From: Chiloscyllium plagiosum
Lineage: Eukaryota
DNA length: 64,000 nt
Direction: 5' to 3'
Assembly: GCF_004010195.1 (NCBI RefSeq)
Contig: NC_057718.1
Coordinates: forward strand, 58,963,607-59,027,606
Both the position numbers and the translations under genes were made by a program. Of this stretch, positions 37,675 to 50,910 are shown in pieces; within the stretch, counting starts at the first letter, position 1; each line of letters begins with the position of its first letter. The notes beneath the pieces are model-generated. The model saw only the letters and a program-made list of their open reading frames with translations, did no database searches and was not told where the DNA came from.

Positions 37675-37950
37675 CTAGGACAGGCTAAACAAAGACACGC
37701 AAGGGAATTCCTACAGGCCTGGAATTCAAACTGAAACTCCATCAATAAACACATAGATTTGGACCCTATTTACCAACCTCTAAGAAAAAGAACCAGAAAT
37801 GACCTCACCCAACTTAACAGATCAAGATACATAAATAGAAAGCGGGACCAAATACCAGTGCTTCACTGCGGGCTCACTGATGATGTTACCTAGCATGGTG
37901 ATGAAATATCTGAAAACAAACCTGCCAGCTGAGCAAGCAAACTTACAACC
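37675..37950 (+). mobile_element. Penelope-like element 3' end (GIY-YIG tail plus hammerhead)
   Basis: LGQAKQRHAREFLQAWNSN*NSINKHIDLDPIYQPLRKRT, then TCA-CTGATGA-T-GTTACC(TAGCAT)GGTGAT-GAAATATC-TGA at 37874-37913. Confidence 0.8.
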
Positions 37951-38129
37951 TATATTTTTGTTAGCCATCCCTTCTCTGCTAGGTATCTTTTGCTTAAAGC
38001 AATTCATTTACTACAGCTCCCTGCCAACTAGAACAGCTCTATTCCAGGGTTGAGAGTTGCTGTTGTGATGAAGTTGAGTTTCTGTTCCAAAGATACTAAA
38101 GGAGGGCATTTTCTCATTTCAAGATATTC

Positions 38130-41100
38130 TGGGTAATCCAAGATGGAGGATGGGAAAATTTTCTGGCTGTAACAAGCTGCTCCTTTTTTAAGATCTTTTA
38201 GGTGTTGGAGGTGATTTCCAGAAATTTCAGAAGTGGCAATAATTGTTTTATATGCTGTTGCATTGTTTTGGAACTTTGGAGAAAAAAAAGTCAAAGTAAC
38301 AGCAGTTTTAAAAGGGAGAGGGACAGACAAAGGCAGCACATTGTCAGGTCTGTGCAGGAGAGAAACAGGGAAAGAGACACACTGCTAACTGACAGACCAG
38401 TGAACCTATGCAGTTATTGCCTTTGCTACTGAATTCATGTATTGCTGGACATCAGAGTGTGTCTAGGAAAATTAACATACAGTGAAATTCACAACTGATC
38501 TTGGAAGAACCTGTTTGGGAGAGGTCACAGCACAGAAACAGATAAGTTAATAGTTTGAAGTATAGCCTTGCTGTAAATCTAAAATAGTGAATAGAGTGGA
38601 TTTTTTCTTGATTATATGTTTATTTGAGATATGTCTCTTGATTAAACTTAAAATATAAGCCATAGGTATTAAGTCAACCTGGAGCAGTGTTTTGTAGAAG
38701 AATAAGATGGTGCTATTTTCTGGGTCTGCAGATTGAAAGAAGTAAAAATGGCCCTGAGTCATATGCTTGTCTTGTCGGATGTGGGAGTTTAGGGAGAGTT
38801 TACATGTTACTGAGGATTATATCTGCCATAAATGCCATTGGATTGAATGGATCAGTTGGAATGACAGTTTGGGTCAATGAGGAATTTACAAGAGCAAGGG
38901 GGTGTGTTGGATGGCAGTTATAGGAAGGGAGAAATGTTGCAGATACAATCACATAGATGGGTTAATTCCCGGAAAGGTTAGAGAGGTAGGCAGGTAATGC
39001 AGGAGTCTTCTGTGACTATCCACATTTCAAACGAATATGCTGATTTGAAAAATGTAGGGAGTGATGTATTCTCAGGGGAATGTAGCACAAACAGCAAGTT
39101 TCTGGTATTGAGACTGGCTCTAATGCAATAAGGGATACGTCGGGTTCCAAGAGATCGATTGTGTTAGGGGACTCTCTTGTCCGAGGCACAGACAGACATT
39201 TCTGCGGTTTGCAGTGAAAAATCAGAATGGGGTGTTGCTTCTCTGGTGCCAGGATCAAGGATGTCTCAGAGAGTGTGCAGAATATTCTCAAGGGGGAGAG
39301 GGCCCAGCAGGAGGTCATTGTACACATTGGAACCTATGAAACAGGAAGGAAAAAGCTTGAGATTCTGAAGATAACATATAGAGAGTAAGGCAGGAATTTT
39401 AAAAAGAGGTCCTCAAGAGTAGTAATATCTGGATTACTCTTGGTGCTACGAGCTAGTGAGGGTAGGAATAGGAGGATAGAGCAGATGAATGCATGGCTGA
39501 GGAGCTGGCGTGTGGGAGAAGGATTCACATTTTTGGATCATTGGAATCTCTTCTGTGGTAGAAGTGACCTGTACAAGAAGGATGGATTGCCCCTGAATTG
39601 GAAGGGGACTAATATAATGGCAGGAAGAGTTTCTGGAGCTGCTTAGGAGGATTTAAACTAGTAAGGTTGGGGTGGGTTGTTGGGGGCCAGGGGGATAGTG
39701 AGGAAAGAGATCAATCTGAGACTGGTACAGTTGAGAAAATAAGTGAGTCAAACACTCAAGGCAAGCAGGGACAAAGCAGAGAACAGGGTAGGACTAATAA
39801 ATTTATTTCAGTGCAAGAGGCCTAACAGGGAATGCAGATGAACCAGGACATGGTTAAGAACATGGGACTGGGATATCATAACTAGTAAAGAAACGTAGCT
39901 CTGGGATGGACTCGACTGGCAGCTTAATGTTCCAGGGTACAAATGCTAAAGGAAGGACAGAAAGGGAGGCAAGAGAGGAGGGGGAGTGGCATTTTTGATG
40001 AGGGATAGCATTACAGCTGTACTGAGGGAGGATATTCCTGGAAATACATCCAGGGAAGTTATTTGGGTGGAACTGAGAAGGAAGAAAGGGATGATCACCT
40101 TATTGGGATTGTATTATAGGCCCCCTAACAGTCAGTGGAAAATTGAGAAACAAACTTGTAAGGAGATCCTAATTATCTGGAAGAATAATAGGGTGGTAGG
40201 GGATTTTAACTTTCCAAACATAGACTGGGACTGCCATAGTGTTAAGAGTTTAGAGGGAGAGGAATTTGTTAAGAGTGTACAAGAAAATTTTCTGATTCAA
40301 TATGTGGATGTTTGTACTACAGAAGGTGCAAAACTTGACATACTCTTGGGAAATAAGGCAAGACAGGTGACTGAGGTGTCAATGGGGGAGCACTCTGCGG
40401 TCAACAACTATAATTCTGTTAGTTTTACAATGGCAATGGAAAAGGATAGACCAGAGTTAAAAGTTGAAGTTCTAAATTGGAGAAAGGCTAATTTTGATGT
40501 TATTAGGCAAAAACTTTCAAAAGCTGATTGGGGGCAGATGTTCACAGGTAAAGAGACAGCTGGAAAATAGGAAGCTTTCAGAAATGAGATAATGAGCGTC
40601 CAGAGAAAGTATATTCCTGTTAGGGTGAAAGAAAAGGCTGGTAGGTGTAGGGAATGCTGAATAATTAAAGAAATTGAGGGTTTAGTTAAGAGAAAGAAGG
40701 AAGCATATGTCAGGTACAAACAGGATTGTTCAAGTGAATCCTTAGAAGAGCATAAAGGCAGTAGGAGTATACTTAAGAGGGAAATCAGGAGGGCAAAAAT
40801 GGAACATGAGATAGCTTGGGTAAATAGGGTTGAGGAGAATCCAAAAGGTTTTTACAAATATATTAAGGACAAAAGGATAACGAGGGAGAGAATGGGGCTG
40901 ATGTATGGAGCCACAGAAGATGGGGGAGATACTAAACGAGTACTTTGCATCAGTGTTTGCTGTAGAGAAGGACATGGAAGATATAGAATGTAAGGAAATA
41001 GATGGTGACATCTTGAAAAATGTCCATATTACAGAGGAGGAAGTGCTGGATGTCATGAAACGCATAAAAGTGGATAAATTCCAAGGACCTGATCAGGTGT

Positions 41101-42646
41101 ACCCTAGAACTCCATGGGAAGCTAGGGAAGTGGTTGTTGGACCCCTTGCTGAGATATTTGTATCATTGAGCATCACAGGTGAGGTGCCAGAAGACTGAAG
41201 GTTAGCTAACATGGTGCCACTACTTAAGAGAGATAGTAAGGACAAGCCAGAGAACTATAGACCAGTGAGCCTGACGTCAGTTGTTGGCAAGTTATTGGAG
41301 GGAATCGTGAGGGACAGGATGCACATATATTTGAAAAGGCAAGGACTGATTAGGGATAGTCAGCATGGTTTGGTGTATGGGAAATCATGTCTCACGAACT
41401 TGCTTGAGTTTTTTGAAGAAGTAACAAAGAAGTTTGATGAGGGCTGAGCGATAGATGTGATCTATATGGACTTCAGTAAGGCATTCAACAAGGTTCCCCA
41501 TGGGAGACTGGTTAGCAAGGTTAGATCTCATGGAATACAGGGAGAACTAGCCATTTGGATACAGAACTGGCTCAAAGGTAGAAGACAGAGGGTGGTGGCG
41601 GAGGGTTCCTTTTCAGACTGGAGGCCTGTGACTAGTGAAGTGCCACAAGGATCGGTGCTGGGTCTACTACTTTTCGTCATTTATATAAATGATTTGGATG
41701 TGAGCATAAGAGGTACAGTTAGTAAGTTTGGAGATGGTACCAAAATTGGAGACGTAGTGGACAGCAAAGAAGGTTTCCATTAGATTACAATGGGATCTTG
41801 ATCAGATGGGCCAATAGGCTGAGCAGTAACAGATGGAGATTAATTTAGATAAATGTGAGGTGCTGCATTTTCAGAAAGCAAATCTTAGCAGGACTTGTAC
41901 ACTTAATGGTAAGGTCCTGGGGAGTGTTGCTGAACAAAGAGACCATGGTTCATAGCCCCTTGAAAGTGGAGACGCAGGTAGATAGGATAGTGAAGAAGGC
42001 GTTTGGTATGCTTTCCTTTATTGGTCAGAGTACTGATTATTGGAGTTGGGGAGGTCATATTGTGGCTGTACTGGGCATTGGTTATGCCACTTTTGGAATA
42101 TTGCATGCAATTCTGGTCTCCTTGCTATTGGAAGGATGTTGTGAAACTTGAAAGGGTTCAGAAAAGATTTACAAGGACGTTGCCATGGTTGGAGGATTTG
42201 AGCTATCGGGAGAGGTTGAATAGGCTAGGGCTGTTTTCCCAGGAGTGTCGGAGGGTGAGGGGTGACCTTATAGAGGTTTATAAAATCATGAGGCGCATGG
42301 TTTGGATAAATAGACAAGGTCTTTTCCCTGGGGTAGGAGAATCCAGAACTAGAGGGTACAGGTTTAGAATGAGAGGGGAAAGATATAAAAGGGACCTAAG
42401 TGGCAACGTTTTCACGCAAAGGATGATACGTGTTTGGAATGCACTGCCAGAGGAAGTGGTGGAGGCTAATACAATTGCAACATTTAAAAAGCATCCAGAT
42501 GGGTATATGAATAAGAAGGGTTTGGAGGGATCTGGACCGGGTGCTGGCAAGTGGGACTGCATTAGGTTGTGATACCTGGTCGCATAGACGAGTTGGACCA
42601 AATGGTCTATTTCCGTGCTGTACATCTCTATGTCTCTATGATTCTC
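38130..42646 (+). mobile_element. Near full-length CR1 LINE (5'UTR, ORF1 Zn-finger plus esterase, ORF2 APE-RT), inactivated by stops and frameshifts
   Basis: ORF1 ATG at 38748 (CLSCRMWE..YICHKC; GDSL, HIGT, DGL.LN). ORF2 APE LYYRPPN/GDFNFP and RT NYRPVSLTS, YMDFSKAF, PQGSVLG. Tail CTCTATGTCTCTATGATTCT. Confidence 0.95.
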
Positions 42647-44210
42647 TGAATCTGTATAACAGAATGTGTATGAAGCAGTCAGTTAGGAAACTTTTGCATG
42701 AGTTAATTACAATGAAGATGGATTGTGCTTGACCAGCCCCACTGTCTTGCTTATGCATATCTGTTCACAGTGACTTGATGAGACAAGATGACTAATGATG
42801 TTGTCAACTACAGTGGACGATGTGTAGTGTCTTATATGGCCTTGCTGATGAACATTACAACTGTCCACACAGCTATGCTGTGATGTTTTTATTACCAGTA
42901 AAGGAATACTAGTTCCTCTGCCAATGCTATCAAAACAGTTTCTTTTATGCATTGCAAAGAGCATGGTTGAATATAGTTCAAATCAACACAGCAGATCACA
43001 TGGTACCCTCATTTGGTTTGGACTGTGAAAAGGATGCAATTACAAGAGAGTGGCTGCTATTGTGTATAAGCAGCCAATGTGGAATTCTGTTGAGAGCTGG
43101 GTGCAGTTATCCAACAAGGAGTGAAGTAGCAATCAGCTAACTTTCGCAAAAGGGCCATCTCTGACACTAGCCACCCCATACACTTACCAACCAGCCAACA
43201 TAGATAACTGGCCCAGCATCTTATGTCGACCTGTTGTGATCTTGTACACCACCAGCAAGTCTTCCATCAGCTGTCTTTATTACAACTATCCCACCCCTTC
43301 CAACCTAACCTCACAGCTAAATTCACTCATCCTTGGAACCATTCTGGTTAAACTCCCTGCATCTTTGCCTTCTTTCAAAAATGCAGTGATAACTTTTTAT
43401 GCAACCCTGTCATGCCAGACACCTGTGTAAAGTAGAGAGAGGACATCTGTTATAAAATTCAATATGTGTCCTCTCTTTATTTAAGCCATGGGCCATCTCA
43501 ACTTTAATTTTATACACTTTCAAACCAAAGCTAAAGGCAATGTAACGATCTTTAAAAGTCAAGCCCCTACAATTATTTGATAATCCATCATTTCTGCTGA
43601 GCCTATACAGTCTTCAGTTTAAAAGTCTTGTTACTCTTTTCATGCAGCTGCTGATGTGATAACAATCGACATTCCTTGTTTATAGTACAATGAAATATGA
43701 CAGTGTGTTACAACAAGATCTGGAAAACATCAGAGAAACCTGACTTTGAAAATTGTGAAAACTATCAAAGATTTCTTTCCCAAATACATATAGACTACTG
43801 TTACGATAAATGTGAGGATAAAGCACATGCATGATGCATGGGGTGATATGACTTAATGCCACTACCCCAGCTAGCTTAAGCTCCACATGCCATTGTTGAA
43901 CATGTAAGGACATTGTGAAATTTAATATCAATAGGAATGAAGTTAACTATTTTCTTTGCTCAGTAATATTCCTCATAGCTTATTATTATATCTTGTTAGT
44001 TTATCACACACAATTTTCTAAATCGTCTTCTTTGTGCTATCTATTTTTTCTGCTGTACTCTCCTATTTCTCTTCTGCTGATCCCATATATTGCATGTTTT
44101 CACAATTATAACTTGTTTTCTCCACAATACTTCAACTCTCCAAATTTGCAAAATTCTCTAGTTGTAAAATATTTTAAGTAATGGTTGCCAAACTTACAGA
44201 ATTCAAAATC

Positions 44211-45685
44211 TGTGGGAGGCTGGGGAAGAGATTACTGGGCCCCTTGCTGAGATATTTGTCTCATCAACAGCCATGGGTGAGGTGCCAGAAGACTGGAGGT
44301 TAGCTAATGTGGTGTCATCATTGAAGAAAGGCTGTAAGGAAAAGCCAGGGAACTATAGACCGGTGAGCCTTATGTTATTGGTGGGTAAGTTGTTGGTGGC
44401 AGACTGAGGAACAGGATTTACATGCGTTTGGAAAGGTAAGGATTGATTAAGGATAGTGAACATGGCTCTTGCGTAGGGGAAATTGCATCTCAAGAATTTG
44501 ATTGAATTCTTTGAAGAGGTAACATAGAAAATTGGTAAAGGCAGAGCAGTAGACGTTGTCTATGTGGACTTCAGCAAAGTGTTCAGCAAGGTTCCACATG
44601 GTAGACTGGTTAGTAAAGTTAGATTACATGGGATCCAGGGGAAGCTAGCTAATTGGATAGAAAATTGGTTTAAATGTAGGAGACAGAAGTAGTGTAGAAG
44701 TTTACTTTTCGGAGTGGAGACCTGTGACCAGCGATATGCCACAAGGATCAGTGCTGGGTCCACTGCTTTTAGCCATTTGCATAAATAATTTGGATGTAAA
44801 TATAGGAGACATGTTTAGTAAGTCTGCAGATGATGCCAAAATATGTAGTACAGTGGACAGTGAAGATTATCTCAGGACCTTGATCAGATGTGCCAATTGT
44901 CTGAGGAGTGGCAGATGGAGTTTAATTTAGGTATATATGAAGTCATGTATTTTGGTAAGCAAACCAGAGCAGGACTTACACAGTTAATAGTAAGACCCTG
45001 GGGTGTGTTTCCAAACAAAGAGACCGGGGTGCAGGTGCATAGTTCCTTGAAAAAAGAGTTGTAAGTAGACAGGGTGGTGAAGAAGGCATTTGTTATGCTT
45101 GCCTTCATTGGTCAGAACATTGAGTATTGGAGTTGGGATATCATGTTGCATCCATACAGGACATTGGTGAGTCCACTTTTATAATACTGTGTACAATTCT
45201 GGTTCCATGCTATAGGGAGGCTGTTGTTAAACTTGAGAGGGTGCAGAAAAGATTTACAAGGATGTTGCTAGAGATCTGGAGGGTTGAGTTATAGGAAGAG
45301 ACTGAATAGGCTGAGGCTTTTTTCACTGGAGCATTGGAGACTGAGGGGTAGCCTTGCAGAGGTTTATAAAGTCATAAGTGGCATAGATAGGGTGAATATC
45401 CAAGGCTTTTCCAAGAGTGGGGTGTCCAGAAATAGAGGGCATTGATTTAAAGTTATGGGGAAAGATTTAAGAAGGACCTGAGGGGTAACGTTTTCATGCA
45501 GAGATTAGTGCAAGTATCAAACCAGCTGCCAGAGCAAGTGGTGGAGACGAGTACAATTCCAAAATTTAAAAGTTATCTGGGTGGGGAAATGAATTGGAAG
45601 GATTGTGAGGGATATGGACCAAATTCTGATAAATGGAACAAGGTCATTTGGGATGTCTTGCTGGCATGGATAAGTTGGACACAGT
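44211..45685 (+). mobile_element. 5'-truncated CR1 LINE
   Basis: Collinear with 41110-42600 (RT PQGSVLGPLL, ADDAK). Confidence 0.92.
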
Positions 45686-46039
45686 CTAAAGTTGATGATT
45701 GTAAATCAACAGTATGTTGTACAACTCTCCTTTTTTAAATGTTTATTGACTGAATAGAAATAAAAGTTGGGGGAAGAACAAAACCAGTTGCTGCAGTTTT
45801 TTCTGTCCTCCACTAATGCACAGTCATAATCACCTACAATATATTTTTTGAAAATGTTGCATCGATGGTCGAAGCCCTTTTAAAACTCTTTTCAATACAT
45901 GCAGTAGTAACAGTCCTCCTCCCAGGTAGTTAATAATGCAATTCCAAAATAATTTTGCAAGAATTTCTCAACTAGTCTGGAATAACTGGCCCTTGATTTT
46001 CTCCTGCTTTACATAGAAGAAACTGGGAGACAAGACTCT

Positions 46040-46270
46040 AAAGGTAAAGTCATCACAGTCTTACCAGAACATTGGCCTCCCGCATTAGAGAGAGAGAGAC
46101 AACTGAGAGTGGTTTAACCTAAGGTCACCATTCCTCAGCGAAGGTCAAAGGTTGAGAAGGAAAATCCTTCATGATAACCTCAGACTGTGTAGGAACTGAA
46201 CCCACAATGTTAGTATCATCCTTCATTGACAGAGCAGCCATCCAGCCAACTAAGCTAAACAAACCTCCAC
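46040..46270 (-). mobile_element. tRNA-derived SINE, second family
   Basis: Reverse-complement homolog of 6565-6790, with a TTTAGCTTAGTTGGCTGGATGGCTG head on the minus strand. Confidence 0.65.
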
Positions 46271-47629
46271 AAGAGGCAAGATCTTGTTTTCAATGAAGAA
46301 TTAATTCAGAAATCTGTTCATTTTCATTGAAGAATGCAAGATGCTGAGAGCTAAAAATTATACAGATCTTCTTTGTTTTGATATTTTGCTTTCTTATAAT
46401 GTCTACAGGATTGTGCCTGCCTCTTTCATTCGTTTGTGGTTCCCATATTGCCATCTCAGCCACTACAATTCTGACCTTAATGGTTTTCCTTCACTGTTGA
46501 GTTCCACTGGGTTTACTGTAACAACACCAGCTTCACCTTATTAGCCATTCCCTGAAATGTGTGGTTCCACTGCCATTGCTGATTTCAGGAGTCAAATTCA
46601 CCAAAATACTAACTCAGAAGAACACTTATGCTAACAGAACACAGCACTAGCATTCATTCAGCATCAAGGACTAAGTATAACAAGACCATCTCTCCATCAA
46701 ACAAGAAAACATACAAAACTCAACTATAGTGGTGAAGACTTGTGCTTTAGAACTAGCCACAGTACCAGGACAGTGACAACTGCCATCTACAGAACAACAT
46801 GGATATTTTCCTAGACGTGACCTGTCCACAAATAGCAGAACAAATCCAACCAGCCAATTATTACCTCATCAGTCTCCTCTTGATCATCATCACATTGATG
46901 GATGGTAGACAGTGATATCAATCAGGACGTATATAGCAATAATTTGCTTTTAAGATGCCTTTAGAGAGAAGTCTAAGACACTCAACAGCATTAAGGATAT
47001 TTTCCTAACAAACAGGTTGGGAATTTTTAAATGTTCCTTTGGGCAAATTTGATGATCTGAATTCAAACTGCACTCAGAATTAAGTCTGCGTTTAAAGTTT
47101 ATTTTCTCTAAAGCTTCTACAGATAAGCAAATATAAAAATTGCCACAATCCAGCACAATTAGGCAGCATTTTAAAATTTAATTTTTAAAAAATGTTCTTT
47201 TTTTAAAAAAAGACAAACAAAGAGTGGTAACTAGATGACGTTTGAATAAGTTTCAACCACAGTAAGCATTTCAATCACAATGATTAGTGCAACACTGAAC
47301 AACTGGATTTAAGCAACTGAAAATTATCTTGAAAAATTACACGGAAATTTATTAGTTAGTACTCTAGGCAGTTTTTTTCAGTTTAACATTTGAGTAATGT
47401 ATAACAGTGTCCTCATGCCTAAAAGATCCCGTTTAATTTTATGAGACTCCTTGAAGGCCTACAAACAATTGCAAGTACCAGTTACCAGCCACTCAGGTGG
47501 TATGTCAACTTTATGGTTAGGGTGAGTTTCGAACGCATTTGCTTTACAAGGATTGGAAAATTCAATTTACATGGATTTGCAAGTTAAAAATGCGTTTGAT
47601 TTGCATTGTCAAGCTATGGAGTGTTCAGT

Positions 47630-48250
47630 GAACGGCGCTACATTAATGCAGGTCACTTCGTCCCCAGCTTAAAGAGCTGGCACCGGCCAGCTGCTCCACG
47701 CGCTCGTGCAGGTGCTGGCGGTCCCCGCTCTGTGATTGGTGGAGCTGGTCCCGCGCTGATCTCGCGGTGTTTGTGTTTTGGCGCCTTGGCAGGCGGCAGG
47801 TGGTGGGCGCCGGGCGCCATGTTGGAGGAATTCTATTCGGATTTCTTCCCGGCGCCTCTCACTCGCCTGGCGGCCCCGCAGTTGCGGGAGTCCTGCGAGC
47901 AGCCTGCGGCGAGCCGTCGGGCCTCGGAGGCGGTGCGGAGGGCGGGAGTGGCGGCGCCTTTGTTCCGGGAGCCGTTTGTGAAGGAGGCCCTCAGTCCCGA
48001 GGATGGAGGGAGTCCGGCTCACAGCGGGAAAACGGGCGGGTCGGCCGGGCCGGGCCTGTCTGTGGAGAGCGGAGACCAGGCCGCCGCCGGGAAGGTGCCA
48101 GGGCCGAGGTGTTGGGCCGCTCCCCCACCCAAGGCTGCCAGTGATCGGACACCGAGCCCCGACCTTGTGGTCCCGGATTCCGATGACATGGAGGAAGCCG
48201 AGGAAAACCGATCCAAGTGGGAGCGACCCCGCTGCCCTCCTGCTGCTATC
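47630..48250. promoter_or_regulatory. CpG island / promoter with inverted CCAAT box and E2F-like sites
   Basis: Abrupt CpG-rich, GC-rich segment in a CpG-depleted window. ATTGG at 47735-47739, TTTTGGCGCC at 47776-47785, GTCCCGCG at 47748-47755. Confidence 0.8.
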
Positions 48251-48490
48251 AGGGAGGGCCCCCCAATCACATCCCTCAGGACCCAGGGGGCAGATGATGC
48301 AAGCGCCAGGTTGGTACCAGCAGCAAGAGAGGCCCCAAACCACAAGGAGGATTTGATGGGCCCAGCCAGACTTGCAGTTTCCCAGGAGAATGAAGCAGTG
48401 TCTGGAGATTGCGGGGTCTCTTCCTTCCCCCATTCTGTAACTGAGCTGCAAGACCAAGTGGTGATTGAGTACTGGCTTCCTGAAGAATAA
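47819..48490 (+). CDS. Unidentified protein: single-exon 223-aa ORF or first coding exon (Pro/Ala/Ser/Glu-rich, likely disordered)
   Basis: GGCGCC-ATG start inside the CpG island (MLEEFYSDFFPAPL...). The frame stays open ~240 nt beyond the GC-richest part. AATAAA at 48486-48491 and 48523-48528. Possible splice donors near 48437 and 48461. Confidence 0.6.
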   Translation: MLEEFYSDFFPAPLTRLAAPQLRESCEQPAASRRASEAVRRAGVAAPLFREPFVKEALSPEDGGSPAHSGKTGGSAGPGLSVESGDQAAAGKVPGPRCWAAPPPKAASDRTPSPDLVVPDSDDMEEAEENRSKWERPRCPPAAIREGPPITSLRTQGADDASARLVPAAREAPNHKEDLMGPARLAVSQENEAVSGDCGVSSFPHSVTELQDQVVIEYWLPEE

Positions 48491-50246
48491 AGAAATGGTG
48501 CCCACCATTCATGACATTTAATAATAAATCTATTATAGGTAGCTTATCTTATATGTCAGTGATAATGCTTCAAGTACTGCCAGCCATTATAGCCAGAACA
48601 GCTACAAAAAAGTCACATTTTGGAAATCAGTCAGGTGATATTGGTGATTGAAATCTTAAAACTATTTAACTGTCTGGAGGCTCGGGCTGTCAGAACATTG
48701 AAATTCTATCTACCAACGCATTGACAGCCTTACTATTGTGAACAATGTAGAGCTATTTGAATTTGAGAGTCTTGCTGAATGACCAGTTGGAATTCAAATT
48801 GCTATTGATAGAAAATAGTATGACATCCAAGTGGTATGCAACCCTTATAGGAAAGTATGGTTATATTTATTAACCAGTGATATAAAATATTTAATTAACT
48901 GGCAAAAGCCAGCAGTTCTGTTAGGGTATAGCAGTCATGTTAATTTCTACATTTGTTATTTCTAACCATTCCGTCTCGCTTTCAATGAAAACAGTTGAAT
49001 TTGTTGCAATTGGGCAGTCACTTGACACAAGATCGGTATCTTTGTTACTTCATTTAATATTTTGTTTTATGCTTGGCATAGAACATTGCAATTTAAACTG
49101 CACTTTTCATGTTGCATTTCAACTTTTCAAATTCTAATATATAATCCATGCTATTTTTGTTAGCAAAGTGTTAATTTATTCCATGTGCAGATGGTTAATA
49201 TTCAAAATGTGTGAATGTTAGATATCTTAGTAAATATCTGAATGTGATTAAGATTTGACATTAGCTTACTTCCTATTAGTACGATGTGTAAAATTATAGT
49301 CTATACAGTGCTTGACAACTAATTCATTTTAAAATGTCATTATGATCTGTTGAAAGAAATTGACATAATATCTCAAGAGCTGAAGTACCTGATCAACAAC
49401 TCGTCAAGAAGGCTTGATAATATTGTCCATTTCTACACTTAGTTATGTTTCAACCATCTGCTGAACCAGGCTATTGCACCGACGAAGCTTAAGCAAATTG
49501 GTTATAACGAAGACTTCTGCATCAGTAGCTTAGCCATTTTACACAGCACTTATCTACCAAGTGATAGAATGTTAAAATTCTGGTTGGTACACAATGAGCA
49601 AAGTATGCTCTTAGACACAGTCAAAAACTATAAACATCACTGACCTTGATGAAGGTGACCACCTTTGCTCCTGAGTTCATCTTTTATATCTTTGAAGAGA
49701 TTTACTCAACTGCCAGTTGAGACTGGAACATCATCACATATATTCCTGTAAGTTAAGGCAAATATTTATGTCTGTGCCAGCAATGGAAATGATTTTGTCA
49801 TTGATTATTCAGCATTACTTCACATATGTGAATGAAAAACTGGATCTTTATCTTGTGGAATTGCCTCTTAACACTTTTACTAATTTGAGCTGTTGCACAG
49901 AATTCACCCAGTTGTATCTACTGACAAGCTAAGTAGATAAATATTAAGAGGCAGAAAAATAGAAAATGCTCTCACTTCATTTTGTAAAAAACAGTACTTT
50001 CAGTGTAGCCAGATAATTTGCAATATACTGAACTACTGAATCAGTTCAAGATTAATTTTTGTTATAAATATTTAAATCAATACTAAATCAATACTAATTC
50101 ACGAGGTCATATGAGTTGAAGACATGCAGACATTTCTTTGTATCCTCTTAACCCTTACAGATGGTCAAATGGGGTGTTCATTAGATTGCATTGATCATGA
50201 GATGCCTCATTTTATGTACTGTGCAAGACAATGTCTCCTGTCTCCT

Positions 50247-50350
50247 AGTTCTGAAAAAGGGTTACTGGACCTGAAACTTTAGTTCTTTTACGCTCCACAG
50301 ATACTGCCAGACCTGCTGAGTTTCTCCTGCAATTTCTCTGTTTTTGTCTC
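50247..50350 (+). mobile_element. Short PLE-derived repeat (degenerate hammerhead core)
   Basis: AGTTCTGAAAAAGGGTTACTGGACCTGAAAC...CACAGATACTGCCAGACCTGCTGAG. Confidence 0.7.
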
Positions 50351-50552
50351 CAGTATCCTTGCATATCATCCATTCTGCCATCTCCATAAATTGCAATTTG
50401 ATTAAAGTATAGATACCAAATCCTGTTTCACTGTAGATCTGGTTATGATCATTGATGAGACAAATAACTTCTTTAAAAAGTCATTACCTGAAAGTTTAAC
50501 ACAACAAAATTTTCCACTTACAGAATGTTACTGTAATAAACATAGTAAAAAC

Positions 50553-50688
50553 TTTCCTCATTCCTGAAGAAGGGCTCATGCCCGAAACGTCAATTCTCCT
50601 GCTCCTTGGATGTTGCCTGACCTGCTGCGTTTTTCCAGCAACACATTTTCAGCTCTGATCTCCAGCATCTGCAGTCCTCACTTTCTCC
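50553..50688 (+). mobile_element. Short PLE-derived element with intact hammerhead core and 7-bp TSD
   Basis: CTGAAGA-A-GGGC(TCAT)GCCC-GAAAC-GTC at 50564-50591. TAAAAAC duplicated at 50546-50552 and 50689-50695. Confidence 0.8.
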
Positions 50689-50694
50689 TAAAAA

Positions 50695-50910
50695 CAGGTA
50701 GTCCACAGGTTACAAACTGGTTCCATTCTGGAATCCGTTCACAAGTCGATTTATCCGCAGTTTGGAACACAATGAAGGGCAGTGTAGAGCAGCTGTTTGT
50801 AAGTACAGAAAACACATATATCAGGTCTGTAGAATTACACCCCGTATGGGATCACGCTCATAAATACAAGCATTCATAAGTCAGGTGCTCATAAATCGAG
50901 GATCACCTAC
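50695..50910. mobile_element. Small Tigger-like MITE
   Basis: Imperfect TIRs CAGGTAGTCCACAGGTTACAAAC ... CTCATAAATCGAGGATCACCTA. Confidence 0.5.

Noticed and set aside
38748..42572. CR1 as an active autonomous element
   Set aside because: Multiple in-frame stops and frameshifts in both ORF1 and ORF2.
47606..47818. N-terminal extension of the 294-aa ORF-track call
   Set aside because: It starts at TTG and runs through the promoter motifs. The first ATG is at 47819.
47669..48508. 279-aa antisense ORF over the CpG island
   Set aside because: Long shadow ORFs are expected in GC-rich coding DNA. The plus strand has the better start context and downstream poly(A) signals.
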